Source: an uncultured Clostridium sp.
Lineage (GTDB): Bacteria; Bacillota_I; Bacilli_A; RF39; UBA660
Direction: 5' to 3'
Length of the DNA stretch: 64,000 nt
Assembly: GCA_964490375.1 (NCBI GenBank)
Contig: CAZBAZ010000003.1
Span: 1,448-65,447, forward strand
Every line of letters begins with the position of its first letter. Position 1 is the first letter of the stretch. The notes below the pieces were generated by a model that had not been told where the DNA came from, searched no databases, and was given only the letters and a program-made list of their open reading frames with translations. Positions 47,057 through 57,578 of this stretch are shown piece after piece. Both the position numbers and the translations under genes were made by a program.

Positions 47057-48280
47057 TTAATTAATCATCCATTCTATGGTATCCTTTGTAAAAGCTAATT
47101 TTGGAGTTCCATTATGGTCAGTATTTAACTGTACGATTTTTGCATTTCCACCTGCTTTATTAATAGCATTTACATTTCTCAACATATTTTTGTAATATGT
47201 AATATCATCACCGGTGTTTCCACAAAAAGCCTTTACTTTAGTATTTTTAAAATTTGAAGCTGTTATGCTTCCACCACAACTAACTGGAACTGCTGAATAG
47301 AAAAGTTTTGGATATGCATTTACCATTGCCCATGTTCCTATTGCTCCTCTTGAATGACCTGCAATTGATATTCTAGAAGTATCACAGGAATATTTTTTAC
47401 ATACTGTATCAATAATTGACTTTAGTTCTGAAATTCTTCCTGATGTTTCAGCCCACATCCCACCAATTGGTGCAACCAATATAAATGGAAAATCGTCTCC
47501 ATAAACTTTCTTTGTCATGTTATACATTAGGGTTTCTCCTCCACCGTCACCATGTAAATACATAATTAAAGGCATTTTGGTAGTCACATCATTTGGCACA
47601 TACACTTTGTAAGTTAAACTACTTTGACTATCTGAATATTCTCCACTATCAATATTCAATGGTTTACCCCCAATTTCTTCAATTCTTGCTAAAAGACTTT
47701 CTCTTATATCATCATTTGCAATACTTTCAACTTGAGAATATAATGTTTTATATTGATCTTTAGTGTAATTTTGTTCCAATTCATCAATTTCTTTCGTTAT
47801 ATTAACATATTTTTCATAGCTTTGTATTTTTTCAATCATTTCTTTTTTAGTTTCAATGTCTTCAATCTTTTTAGCTGATGCTAATGCTTGATTATAATTT
47901 GTAGCATTTAGATTTTTTTCTAATTTACTTATCAAATCATTTGTATTTTCTATCCTTACATTAGCAATATTTTCACTTGTTGCATTTATCAAACATTGAT
48001 TCACTTCTGAATCAGCCCACGCAACATTTATTACTACATTAACTACTGTTGGAACTAAGAATATGATAATTGCTGCTAATATTTGATTAATTAATGCTTT
48101 ATTAGGCTTTTGTAAGTCTCCAGTTGTTACTGCTTTCGTATAATTTGTCATGGCACTTACAACTAATAATATTGGTACAACAATTTTAATTATTGTAATA
48201 AAAATTTTGATAATCCTTATAACGTTTAACACTTCAGCTGTTCCACACAATGATAAAATCACATAAATCACCACTTTCAT
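47057..48280 (-). CDS. membrane-anchored alpha/beta-hydrolase (esterase-type)
   Basis: Two N-terminal TM helices, a coiled linker, then PLIMYLHGDGGGE and the nucleophile elbow IAGHSRGAIG (G-x-S-x-G). Near the C-terminus is LNTDHNG, with a candidate catalytic His. Confidence 0.6.
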   Translation of the reverse strand: MKVVIYVILSLCGTAEVLNVIRIIKIFITIIKIVVPILLVVSAMTNYTKAVTTGDLQKPNKALINQILAAIIIFLVPTVVNVVINVAWADSEVNQCLINATSENIANVRIENTNDLISKLEKNLNATNYNQALASAKKIEDIETKKEMIEKIQSYEKYVNITKEIDELEQNYTKDQYKTLYSQVESIANDDIRESLLARIEEIGGKPLNIDSGEYSDSQSSLTYKVYVPNDVTTKMPLIMYLHGDGGGETLMYNMTKKVYGDDFPFILVAPIGGMWAETSGRISELKSIIDTVCKKYSCDTSRISIAGHSRGAIGTWAMVNAYPKLFYSAVPVSCGGSITASNFKNTKVKAFCGNTGDDITYYKNMLRNVNAINKAGGNAKIVQLNTDHNGTPKLAFTKDTIEWMIN

Positions 48281-48329
48281 TGTATCATTTATTTTATATT
48301 GCTGTCAAAATGTAACTTTTCAATAATAC

Positions 48330-49646
48330 TTAAAGATCCTTTTCTCCTTTATTTTTAAATTGAATTATTATGGGTGTTCCACTAAAATCAATGTTTGCTC
48401 TTATTTTATTTTCTAAATATCTATAATAACTAAAATGTACTAGTCCTTTTGAATTAACTTCTATATCAAATCTAGGTGGTTTTGTACCTGATTGATGAGT
48501 AAAATATACTTTTAATTTTTTACCTTTAAATGATGCTGGAGGTGTTTCTATGAAAGCATCTCTTATAATATCATTTATTATATTTGTTTTTACTTCTTTT
48601 ATAGAATTATTGTATGAAGCTAATACTTCTGGCATTAGTGTATGAATTCTTTTTTTAGTTTGTGCACTTAAAAAAACTACTTTTGCAAAATCCATGAATT
48701 GAAAATTATATTTAATTGATTTTTTCCATTCTTTCATAGATTCATCTTTTTCTTCTATTGTATCCCACTTGTTAACTACAATAACTACTGGTTTACCAGC
48801 CTGTAAAGCATATCCTGCAATATGTTTATCATGTTCTACTATTCCTGTAGTGGCATCTAAAACAAGTAAGCAAACATCACTTCTATCTATAGCTTTCATA
48901 CTTCTAAGTAAACTATATTTTTCAACTGATTCAAATATTTTTCCTTTTTTTCTTAATCCAGCTGTATCAATTAAGGTATATTCTTCTTTGTTATAAACAA
49001 ACTTTGTATCAATAGCATCTCTTGTTGTTCCAGCAACATTACTTACTATTACTCTTTCTTCATTTAATAAAGCATTTACTAAACTTGATTTTCCAACATT
49101 TGGTCTTCCAATTACAGAAATTTTAATATTTTCATCATCATCTTCATATCCTGGTTCATAACCATCAGTAATGGTCTTTAATAAATCATTTACGCCTATT
49201 CCATGTTCTGCAGATATTAAAACATATTCATCAAATCCTAAACTATAAAATTCATATATGTTATTCTCTCCTGATTTATTATCAACTTTATTTATAGCTA
49301 CTATTACTTTTTTATCTTGTTTTTTTAACATGTCACGAATAAGTAAATCGTTATTTGTTAGACCATCTTTTGAATCTACAACAAAAACAATAGTATCAGC
49401 TTCTTCAATACCAATTTCAACTTGCATACGAATTTCTTCATTAAAGTCTCCATCACTTAAATCAATTCCACCTGTATCTATTAAGTAAAATGGTATATCA
49501 TTAAATGATGCTTGTGAATAAATTCTATCTCTTGTAACACCAGGAGTATCTTCAATAATAGCTACCTTTTTTCCTACTATTCTATTAAATAAAGTACTCT
49601 TCCCTGTATTAGGTCTTCCTACTAGACATATTGTTTGTTTTTGCAT
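48330..49646 (-). CDS. der: ribosome-associated GTPase Der (EngA)
   Basis: Tandem GTPase domains, GRPNTGKSTLFN...DTGG...NKVD and GRPNVGKSSLVN...DTAG...NKWD, followed by a KH-like C-terminus. Confidence 0.95.
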   Translation of the reverse strand: MQKQTICLVGRPNTGKSTLFNRIVGKKVAIIEDTPGVTRDRIYSQASFNDIPFYLIDTGGIDLSDGDFNEEIRMQVEIGIEEADTIVFVVDSKDGLTNNDLLIRDMLKKQDKKVIVAINKVDNKSGENNIYEFYSLGFDEYVLISAEHGIGVNDLLKTITDGYEPGYEDDDENIKISVIGRPNVGKSSLVNALLNEERVIVSNVAGTTRDAIDTKFVYNKEEYTLIDTAGLRKKGKIFESVEKYSLLRSMKAIDRSDVCLLVLDATTGIVEHDKHIAGYALQAGKPVVIVVNKWDTIEEKDESMKEWKKSIKYNFQFMDFAKVVFLSAQTKKRIHTLMPEVLASYNNSIKEVKTNIINDIIRDAFIETPPASFKGKKLKVYFTHQSGTKPPRFDIEVNSKGLVHFSYYRYLENKIRANIDFSGTPIIIQFKNKGEKDL

Positions 49647-49730
49647 GGTCTTTCACCTCGCATACATTATACACGAATTCGTCTTTTTTTTCTATACTAT
49701 TTAATAAAATAATAGTATAATGTTTAAGTG

Positions 49731-50375
49731 ATGAATATGAAGAAGTTAGAAAAAAAACCTATTTTATTAAGTATTGGGACTGTTATTTTTGATTCATTAT
49801 TATATTTTTTATCTAAAATATTACAAGGACCTGCTCATATAATGAATGGAACTATAGATAATTTTATACCTTTTTGTGTTTATTTTATTATTCCTTATTG
49901 TTTTTGGTATTTATTAATATTTTATATACCTTATTATTACTATAAAAAAGATAAAGAATTATTTAATAAATTTTGCGTTTCTTATATAATAATAATTATA
50001 CTTGCTAATATAGTATTTTGTGTTTATCCATCTACTGTAGTTAGACCTGAAATAACCAATAATGGACTATTATATTTTGTGACAAAAATTATATTTATGA
50101 TAGACACACCAGCGATTAATTGTTTTCCTAGCCTTCATTGTGGAGTTATAACTCTTATGTTACTCTCTTCTCTTGAAAGCAATAAATTAAGTAATAGTCA
50201 TAAATTATTTATGAGTGCGTGTATGATACTTATTTGTGCTTCTACATTATTTATTAAACAGCATGCTTTTATTGATGCAATTGGTGGAATTACACTTGCT
50301 ACTATAGTTTATCTAGTAATATCTAGATGTAAAAAATTATTAAATTATACTAAAAAAATATTGAAGCTAAATTAG
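49731..50375 (+). CDS. PAP2-superfamily membrane protein (PAP2_3 / sphingomyelin-synthase-like type)
   Basis: Polytopic, with the C-terminal motif DTPAINCFPSLHCG...KQHAFIDAIGG (FPSLH...H..D..GG). Confidence 0.6.
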   Translation: MNMKKLEKKPILLSIGTVIFDSLLYFLSKILQGPAHIMNGTIDNFIPFCVYFIIPYCFWYLLIFYIPYYYYKKDKELFNKFCVSYIIIIILANIVFCVYPSTVVRPEITNNGLLYFVTKIIFMIDTPAINCFPSLHCGVITLMLLSSLESNKLSNSHKLFMSACMILICASTLFIKQHAFIDAIGGITLATIVYLVISRCKKLLNYTKKILKLN

Positions 50376-50400
50376 TTTCAATATTTTTATTTTCATCAAA

Positions 50401-51567
50401 TTATTCTGTTCTAAGAGCATCTATAGGATTTAATAGTGACGCTTTGTATGCAGGAAATATCCCAAATACTAAACCAATAAATACAGATACACCTAATGAT
50501 AAAATAATTATAAAATTTGATACTTGGAAACTATATCCCAGAAAAACCGAAAGTTTTCCTAAAGTAATTCCTATTAATATTCCAAATAATCCTCCAATTA
50601 AACATAAAGTTAATGATTCTATTAAAAATTCTACTAATATATCTTTTTTTGTTGCTCCAAGACTTTTTCTAATGCCTATTTCTTTTGTTCTTTCACTAAC
50701 ACTAACTAGCATAACATTCATAACTCCAATACCACCAACTATTAAAGAAATACTTGCAATTCCTCCTAATAAAAGTGATAAAGTATCATTTATATTACTC
50801 ATAGCTTCTAACATTGATGATTGACTTGTTACTGTGAAATAACTTGTAGATATATTTAATTTTTCTCTTATATAGTTTTCTATAATATTAATAGTAAAGT
50901 CTATTTTTGATTCGTCTTTTACTGTAAGATATAAACTATTTATTTGGGAATCGCTATTTAAATAAGTTAGTGTACTAAATGGAATAATTATAGATTCGTC
51001 AGTACTTGTTCCAAGTGTTTCTCCACTTTCTTTTAATACTCCAACTACTGTATAATTATCACCATTTAATTTTATAGTTTGATTTATTGGATTTGACATA
51101 TTAAAATATGTTTCTTTTGTAGTTGAACCTATAATACATACTTTATTTTTATTTTCTATATCTATTATTGATAAGTTTCTTCCTGAATCTAATTCTAAGT
51201 TCATAATATCTAAGTAATTTTGATCTGTAGCTATTACAGATGTATTAGAACTAGTTTGCGTACTTTTACTTGCAGTAACTGATGTATTTTTTAATGGGGT
51301 AATATTTTCTACATTGTCTAACTCTAAAAATTCATTTAATTCACTATATTTAAAACCATAATCGCTATCATTTATTCTTATAGTGATAGTATTAGTTCCA
51401 AGTGATGAAACTTGTTCTGTAACATTACTACTTGCTCCTGTACCTATTCCAACTAAAATAATTACAGAGGCTATTCCTACTACTAAACCAAGAATAGTTA
51501 AGAAACTTCTTAATTTATTTGACTTAATATTTTTAAAAGCATCATCAAATACATTATTTATCTTCAT
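50401..51567 (-). CDS. ABC transporter permease, MacB/FtsX type
   Basis: N-terminal TM, a large extracytoplasmic domain and a C-terminal FtsX 3-TM bundle (ERTKEIGIRKSLGATKKDIL). Confidence 0.8.
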   Translation of the reverse strand: MKINNVFDDAFKNIKSNKLRSFLTILGLVVGIASVIILVGIGTGASSNVTEQVSSLGTNTITIRINDSDYGFKYSELNEFLELDNVENITPLKNTSVTASKSTQTSSNTSVIATDQNYLDIMNLELDSGRNLSIIDIENKNKVCIIGSTTKETYFNMSNPINQTIKLNGDNYTVVGVLKESGETLGTSTDESIIIPFSTLTYLNSDSQINSLYLTVKDESKIDFTINIIENYIREKLNISTSYFTVTSQSSMLEAMSNINDTLSLLLGGIASISLIVGGIGVMNVMLVSVSERTKEIGIRKSLGATKKDILVEFLIESLTLCLIGGLFGILIGITLGKLSVFLGYSFQVSNFIIILSLGVSVFIGLVFGIFPAYKASLLNPIDALRTE

Positions 51568-52237
51568 GAATATCACCTTTTGTAAGCTTTCCATCTTTTA
51601 TTTTATATATTTTGTCTGCATATAGTGCAACATTAATATCATGTGTTATCAGAATAATTGTTTGTCCTTTTGAATTTAGTTCTTTAAATATACTCATGAG
51701 TTCTTTGCTTGTTTTTGAGTCTAATGCTCCGGATGGTTCATCTGCTAATAACAGGCTTGGATTTGTAACTATTGCTCTTGCTATTCCAACTCTTTGCATT
51801 TGACCACCTGATAGTTGACTAGGTAAATGGTTATATCTATGAGATAATCCTAATGAAGAAAGTGCTTCTTTTGCTTTCTTTCTTGCTTCTTCTTTACTTA
51901 AACCTTGATATAAAAGTGGTATCATAACATTTTCTACTGCAGATAGTTTTGGTAAAAGATTAAAACTTTGAAATACAAAACCAATATACTTATTTCTCAA
52001 ATGTGATAATTCATCATCTGATAATGAACTTATATCACTTCCGTTTAAATAATATTTTCCACTATCTTTTACATCTAATAAACCAAGAATATTCATTAAA
52101 GTTGATTTTCCACTTCCAGATGGACCTATTATGGAGATAAAATCTCCTTCTTTAACATTCAAATTAATATTGTTTAGAGCTTGAACTTTTTCATTTCCTA
52201 AAGTATATGTTTTACATACATTCTCAAGTTTTATCAT
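51554..52237 (-). CDS. ABC transporter ATP-binding protein, MacB/LolD type
   Basis: GPSGSGKST, LSGGQMQRVGIARAI and LLLADEPSGALD. ATGA overlap with the adaptor gene. Confidence 0.9.
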   Translation of the reverse strand: MIKLENVCKTYTLGNEKVQALNNINLNVKEGDFISIIGPSGSGKSTLMNILGLLDVKDSGKYYLNGSDISSLSDDELSHLRNKYIGFVFQSFNLLPKLSAVENVMIPLLYQGLSKEEARKKAKEALSSLGLSHRYNHLPSQLSGGQMQRVGIARAIVTNPSLLLADEPSGALDSKTSKELMSIFKELNSKGQTIILITHDINVALYADKIYKIKDGKLTKGDIHEDK

Positions 52238-53157
52238 TGTTGCCTCTGTTGTCTTTGATTATTATTACCACTAGGTGGTTCTTTCATATCACTAAAGTCC
52301 ATATTTTCAAAATCCATATTACCTCTGTCAAATGAATTACTACTACTGTTTTCAGTTTCAATCATTCTAATAGTTTCATTACCTGTTAAACCACTTGTAA
52401 CTTCAACATATGCACTTGATGAAATACCTGTTTCTATTTCTACTTCATTTGTACTATCTCCGTCTACAACAACTACATATTTTTTATCTCCATTACTCAT
52501 TACTGCTTCAATTGGAACAGCTATTACATCTTCTGCCTTTTCAACTGTTACAGAAGCAGTTCCACTCATTCCAAGTTTAATATTTCCGTCATTACTAAAT
52601 TCCACAGTTGCAGTATATTTAGTACCACTATTAGAATAATTTCCTATTTGATTAATAAAAGTTATTTTACCAGTATATTCTTTATCTTCAAAAGCATTTA
52701 AACTTATTTTGACTTCATTTCCAACTGATACTTTATTTATTTCTGTTTCATCTATATCTAATGTCATTTTTAAAGTAGATACTTTTTTTACTTCTAAATA
52801 ATTGTTACTTCTTATTTTTTCTTTTGAGTCAGGAAGGTTATATCCTGTTATGACTAAATCATATGGGGCCTTATAGTATGTACCATTTGTGTATTTGATT
52901 ATTTTTTGTCCCTTTTTTACATAGTCTCCTACTTCATAATACATTTTGCTAAAGTATCTATATGTATTTAATTCTATTGTAGTTGTATCACTTGTTACTT
53001 CTCCACTAGATGTAATTGTATTTTCTATAGTTGTTTTACTAACTTTAACATCCTTATAAGTCGTTTCATCTTCTGTTTTATCCTCCTTTAAAGCTAAAAA
53101 TAATACTATTCCAAAGCAAATTAATATTAATACAATTAGTATAATTTTCTTTTTCAT
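52234..53157 (-). CDS. efflux adaptor (HlyD/MacA-like membrane fusion protein)
   Basis: N-terminal TM anchor, then a barrel-sandwich/beta-barrel pattern (...GDYVKKGQKIIKY... LGMSGTASV...). It is the first gene of the 3-gene efflux operon. Confidence 0.65.
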   Translation of the reverse strand: MKKKIILIVLILICFGIVLFLALKEDKTEDETTYKDVKVSKTTIENTITSSGEVTSDTTTIELNTYRYFSKMYYEVGDYVKKGQKIIKYTNGTYYKAPYDLVITGYNLPDSKEKIRSNNYLEVKKVSTLKMTLDIDETEINKVSVGNEVKISLNAFEDKEYTGKITFINQIGNYSNSGTKYTATVEFSNDGNIKLGMSGTASVTVEKAEDVIAVPIEAVMSNGDKKYVVVVDGDSTNEVEIETGISSSAYVEVTSGLTGNETIRMIETENSSSNSFDRGNMDFENMDFSDMKEPPSGNNNQRQQRQQ

Positions 53158-53284
53158 GTTTTCCTCCTTAAGAAAAATATACTTTCAGAATGTGTAAGAA
53201 TCATGAATAAATCATGTATTTTCTTAAAAAAATAATATTATTTTTGATATTTTATAGTATAATGTTATTAGGATGTGGTTGCGA

Positions 53285-54244
53285 ATGAAAAAAATAGTAT
53301 ATTCTTTTATACTTTTAGGAATTATTGGGTTTGTGTTTTATGGAATAGTTGTTTGCATTTCAGATATTAATGCTACTAAAGCTGAAACAGATGTTGAGTT
53401 AAGAGATAAAAATAATGAAGAATATATTTATAAAGAACAATTATTACATTTAGGATATACTATTGAAGATGTAAATATTATTGAAAAGAGAGTTAGTGAT
53501 AGTGATGTTAAAAAATATTTATTGAATGAAAAATATGATAATTTAACAAAATTTATTGATTCTCCATATTTCAAAATTGAAAATATTAGTAGATATAGTA
53601 ATTATTATAATAAAAATACTTATACTATTGATAATGCTGTTATTTATGTTAATATTGGGCTTGATAATGAATTTTATTCTACTATAAAAGAAATAACTGA
53701 CTATAATGAAGTTACTGCTCTTGTAAATAAATATAATAAATTACCAAGTAATTATGAAGCAAGTGAAATTATTACATTAGATAAAGAGTATAGTAAAAGT
53801 GGATGTAAGGTTAAGCAAGTTATGCTTAGTAGTTTAAAACAAATGATGGATGATATTAAAAAAGAAGGGATGAAATTGAATGTAATTTCTGGTTATAGAA
53901 CTGAAAGTACTCAAAAAAGTTTATTTAATAATTCTGTTAAAAAGAACGGAGAAAGTCATGCTTTAATATATTCAGCAAAACCAGGTCATTCAGAACATCA
54001 ATTAGGCTTAGCAGTTGATTTTAATACTACTACAGAAAAATTTAAAGATACTAAAGAATATGAATGGTTAAAAAATAATTCATATAAATATGGTTTTATA
54101 GAAAGATATCCAAAAGATAAAGAGTTTATTACAGGATATGGATATGAGCCATGGCATTATAGATATTTAGGAATAGAAGTAGCAACTAAAATATATCAAG
54201 AAGATATAACTTATGAAGAATATGTAGTTAAATACGCAAAGTAG
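53285..54244 (+). CDS. D-alanyl-D-alanine carboxypeptidase, VanY/M15B family
   Basis: N-terminal TM anchor, with catalytic motifs SGYRTESTQ, SEHQLGLAVD and EPWHYRY. Confidence 0.85.
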   Translation: MKKIVYSFILLGIIGFVFYGIVVCISDINATKAETDVELRDKNNEEYIYKEQLLHLGYTIEDVNIIEKRVSDSDVKKYLLNEKYDNLTKFIDSPYFKIENISRYSNYYNKNTYTIDNAVIYVNIGLDNEFYSTIKEITDYNEVTALVNKYNKLPSNYEASEIITLDKEYSKSGCKVKQVMLSSLKQMMDDIKKEGMKLNVISGYRTESTQKSLFNNSVKKNGESHALIYSAKPGHSEHQLGLAVDFNTTTEKFKDTKEYEWLKNNSYKYGFIERYPKDKEFITGYGYEPWHYRYLGIEVATKIYQEDITYEEYVVKYAK

Positions 54245-54911
54245 TTTTGTTAATAAATAATGAGTAATAGAATAAAAATACAAGTGTGCAAGAGATAGTT
54301 ATAATTATAAGAATAACTATTTCTTTTTTTATACTACTTAATTCCTTATATTCACTAGTATCTTTTACTAACGAAACATTCATTGATTTATGAACATGTA
54401 TTATATATTCATCTTGATTATTTATATTAATTTTTATAGTATTGTCATTTGAATTAAAGTTTCCATTACCACTTATATTAACATATGCATCATCATTAGA
54501 TAAATCATAACTAATATTTAATTTTTTTTCATCTTTGATATTAATATCATATTCATGAATATTAGTATCAAAATTAATGTTATATCCTTCTATAATTAAA
54601 TCATTTAATATAGGCTTTAATTCTTCTTTATGATAATCTTTAAATACATTTATCGTATATTCTTTATCATTTGAGATTACTTTAAAAGTAGTTAAATCAT
54701 TAGTTAAAGAAAATATTCCACTACCGGTAACTTGTTCATTTTCTTTTGATTTAACTTGAATATTTATTGAATTACTATAAGTATAATAATTATAAACTTT
54801 AATATCACTATTATAAATTGGGGATAAGTTTTCATTGTTGATTGTTATATTTTCTATTGCTTTTACCTTTATACAAAATAATAAGTTTATTATTAATAAT
54901 ATCTTTTTCAT
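54228..54911 (-). CDS. surface protein with two cadherin-like beta-sandwich repeats and C-terminal TM anchor
   Basis: Signal peptide. Two repeats of the L..L.I.G..I.F....H.Y.I....... type (NITINNENLSPIYNSDIKVYNYY...; LNDLIIEGYNINFDTNIHEYDINI...). C-terminal helix IVILIIITISCTLVFLFYYSLF. Confidence 0.45.
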   Translation of the reverse strand: MKKILLIINLLFCIKVKAIENITINNENLSPIYNSDIKVYNYYTYSNSINIQVKSKENEQVTGSGIFSLTNDLTTFKVISNDKEYTINVFKDYHKEELKPILNDLIIEGYNINFDTNIHEYDINIKDEKKLNISYDLSNDDAYVNISGNGNFNSNDNTIKININNQDEYIIHVHKSMNVSLVKDTSEYKELSSIKKEIVILIIITISCTLVFLFYYSLFINKTTLRI

Positions 54912-54963
54912 ATTTATATTATTTACTCTATATAAAATTTAATACAAAAAAAGAGTTAAACTC

Positions 54964-56241
54964 TTATTTAATTGTTTTGATGATGATTTTTTTAACTCTT
55001 TTCTTCTTCTTTTCTATTTTAAATGAATTAATAAATAGTTTATCCATTTTATCTAATTTTTTATTGTAATAGATTGTTCCTATAACATCTCCTTCTTTTA
55101 CTTTATCACCTATTACTTTATTAAATGTTACTCCAACAGCATAATCAATTGGATCTGTCTTTTTGATTCTTCCAGCACCTAAATTAAACACAAGTTCAGC
55201 AATCAAATTACTATCTATACTGTTAATATATCCTGTTTTTGTAGATATGATATCTACTTTTTTAGCTTTGTCTTTTAATTTATGAATATTTCCGCCTTGT
55301 GATTTAATCCATTCATAAAATTTATTTTTTGCGTGTCCGCTTTCTAATAAATTAATTACTATTTTTTTAGCATTTGCAAATGATATTTTTTTAGCTGAAC
55401 TAATCATTAAACTTGATATATATACTGACAATTCATATAACCTTTTGTCATATTTTCCATCAAAGAAATCCATTGCTTCTTTTACTTCTAGGACATTTCC
55501 TATATTTCTACCAAGTGGAATATTCATATCGCTTAAAGTACAAATAACTTTTTTATCATAGTATTCTCCAATTTTAACCATTGTTTTAGCAAGTTTAGAA
55601 GCACTCTTTATATTTTTCATGAATGCTCCCTTTCCAACTTTTAAATCAATAATTATGATATCACTACCACTAGCTATTTTTTTAGACATAATTGAACTTG
55701 CAATTAGAGGAATCGAATCTACTGCTCCAATTTCATTTCTTAATGCATATATTTTTTTATCTGCAACAGCAATTTTTTCACTTTGACTTATTACTGCACA
55801 TCCAACTTTATCTAATTCTTCTAAGAACTGTTTTTTAGTTAAATTTAATTTATATCCAGTAATACTTTCTAATTTATCAACTGTTCCTCCAGTTAAGCCA
55901 AGTCCTCTACCACTCATTTTTGGAACGCAAACCCCAGCACATGCCACTATTGGTGAAACAATTAATGTAATTTTATCTCCTACTCCTCCAGTTGAATGTT
56001 TATCAACAACAGGCTTATTTAACTTACTTAAATCTATTGTTTCTCCACTTTTAATCATAACGTCTGTTAGAAAATAAGTTTCTTCAATATTTAGACCATT
56101 ATAATAGATTTGCCATATAAAATCACTCATAGTCTTATCATTTATTTTACCTTTTACATATGAGTTAACCATGTATTCTATTTCTTTGTATTCTAATTTT
56201 TCATTATTTTTTTTCTTTTCAATTATATCTATAGCTTTCAT
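54964..56241 (-). CDS. pdp: pyrimidine-nucleoside (thymidine) phosphorylase
   Basis: VDKHSTGGVGDK, SGRGLGLTGGTVDKLE. 425 aa. Confidence 0.9.
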   Translation of the reverse strand: MKAIDIIEKKKNNEKLEYKEIEYMVNSYVKGKINDKTMSDFIWQIYYNGLNIEETYFLTDVMIKSGETIDLSKLNKPVVDKHSTGGVGDKITLIVSPIVACAGVCVPKMSGRGLGLTGGTVDKLESITGYKLNLTKKQFLEELDKVGCAVISQSEKIAVADKKIYALRNEIGAVDSIPLIASSIMSKKIASGSDIIIIDLKVGKGAFMKNIKSASKLAKTMVKIGEYYDKKVICTLSDMNIPLGRNIGNVLEVKEAMDFFDGKYDKRLYELSVYISSLMISSAKKISFANAKKIVINLLESGHAKNKFYEWIKSQGGNIHKLKDKAKKVDIISTKTGYINSIDSNLIAELVFNLGAGRIKKTDPIDYAVGVTFNKVIGDKVKEGDVIGTIYYNKKLDKMDKLFINSFKIEKKKKRVKKIIIKTIK

Positions 56242-56287
56242 AAGTACTCCTTTATCATTCTTACTTTAATATTATATCATTTTTTTG

Positions 56288-56318
56288 CAAAAATAAAAAC
56301 AGTCTTTTGAGACTGAGT
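56288..56318 (-). terminator. terminator after the mTERF-like genes
   Basis: Minus strand: CAGTCtcaaaaGACTG followed by TTTTTATTTTT. A TGaTATAAT promoter for pdp follows. Confidence 0.5.
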
Positions 56319-56327
56319 TTATTTTTA

Positions 56328-57107
56328 TTATAATGTGACTTCTTTTCTTTCTTCTAATTCTTCTAATAATTGCTTATTTGTTTTTTTATAATGATTCTTA
56401 AAATATTTTTGATCATAAAATAATATTTTATAATTAGAACTATCTATTGTGATTCCTCTATTCTTAAAAAATATAAATCTTGCATGACTTAATTTTACGC
56501 TTTGCATTAATTGTTTTGAATCTACAAGTGGTAATCTATGTAATCCGATTGAATTATAAAATTCTATTTTTTCTATTATATTTTCTATACTATAACCTAA
56601 TATTGCTGGTAAGTTTGTAATCATTAAAATAACTTCTTCATGAGTATAACCATTTGACTCAATAATATGCATTTTTTCTTTAATAGTTTCTATGTTTAAG
56701 CATAAAACAGATGGAAATAGCAAAATAATATTTTTTATATCTTTTTCTTTAAATCCTAATGTAATCAAATCATTTATTTTAGTTTCTATTGAAGAATTTT
56801 TATAACTAAAGAATTGTTTAAGTGTTTTAATTATTTTAATTATTTCTTTTTTACTATATCCTAAACTTATGAAATAATCTAATTTATCTTTTAAATATTC
56901 TACTCTATATGAATAAATTTTTATATAATTTGATGTTACTTGTAAAACTTGTTCTTTTGTTAGACCATATTCTAATAAAAATGAATTTATACTTTCTATT
57001 TTTGATAATAATAATTCTTCTTTATAATATTGTAATGCATAAGAAGTTCTCATTTCATTTATTGTTTCTAAACTATACCCATAGTTTAAGCAATATTTTT
57101 CTAACAT
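56328..57107 (-). CDS. mTERF-like helical-repeat protein (259 aa from the ATG at 57107)
   Basis: ~35-aa repeats: GYSKKEIIKIIKTLKQFFSYKNSSIETKINDLITL / GFKEKDIKNIILLFPSVLCLNIETIKEKMHIIESN / GYTHEEVILMITNLPAILGYSIENIIEKIEFYNSI. The tail is LMQSVKLSHARFIFF...NYKILFYDQKYFKNHYK. I place the start at 57107 (AAGGGG upstream) because the track start at 57146 lies inside a TGGTATAAT promoter box. Confidence 0.65.
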   Translation of the reverse strand: MLEKYCLNYGYSLETINEMRTSYALQYYKEELLLSKIESINSFLLEYGLTKEQVLQVTSNYIKIYSYRVEYLKDKLDYFISLGYSKKEIIKIIKTLKQFFSYKNSSIETKINDLITLGFKEKDIKNIILLFPSVLCLNIETIKEKMHIIESNGYTHEEVILMITNLPAILGYSIENIIEKIEFYNSIGLHRLPLVDSKQLMQSVKLSHARFIFFKNRGITIDSSNYKILFYDQKYFKNHYKKTNKQLLEELEERKEVTL

Positions 57108-57134
57108 TTTTATCAACCCCTTGATTGGTTTTAT

Positions 57135-57145
57135 ATTATACCACA
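57135..57145 (-). promoter_or_regulatory. extended -10 promoter (TGTGGTATAAT) of the 259-aa mTERF-like gene
   Basis: Minus-strand TGTGGTATAAT lies ~28 nt upstream of the ATG at 57107. Confidence 0.45.
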
Positions 57146-57182
57146 TTTCGAACTATTTTAAAAGTTAAACTTGATGTTTCTG

Positions 57183-57578
57183 CTAAAATTCGTTAAATAA
57201 ATAAGGTTCTGATTCTAAATTATCTACTACATCTTCTAAATTTTCGCCATTTTTAATTCTATTGTCTATATAATTCTTAATTTCAAATGGGTTCAAATTT
57301 AATATATATGGATTTGAATCTAGTAATATATTTATACATGTAAATCCTAGTTTTTTAAGTGTAATTATTAGTAATAATATATCATTATCTTCAGAAGTTA
57401 AATATATAGAATTACTGCTTATTATGTTTCTTATTTCGTTGTCTTTACAGCCTATTTGCCTTAATAATTCTATTTTTTTGATGATATCTAAATCTGTTAA
57501 ATCTTTTATATCTGGATTTATTTCATACATAGTTTTAATTGTATTTTCACTTAAATCTAAATTATATAATTCTTTCAT
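57183..57578 (-). CDS. small mTERF-like repeat protein (131 aa)
   Basis: Two to three degenerate copies of the same repeat (LRQIGCKDNEIRNIISSNSIYLTSEDNDI...LKKLGFTCINILLDSNPYILNLNPFEIKNYI). It overlaps the upstream gene by 17 nt. Confidence 0.5.
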   Translation of the reverse strand: MKELYNLDLSENTIKTMYEINPDIKDLTDLDIIKKIELLRQIGCKDNEIRNIISSNSIYLTSEDNDILLLIITLKKLGFTCINILLDSNPYILNLNPFEIKNYIDNRIKNGENLEDVVDNLESEPYLFNEF

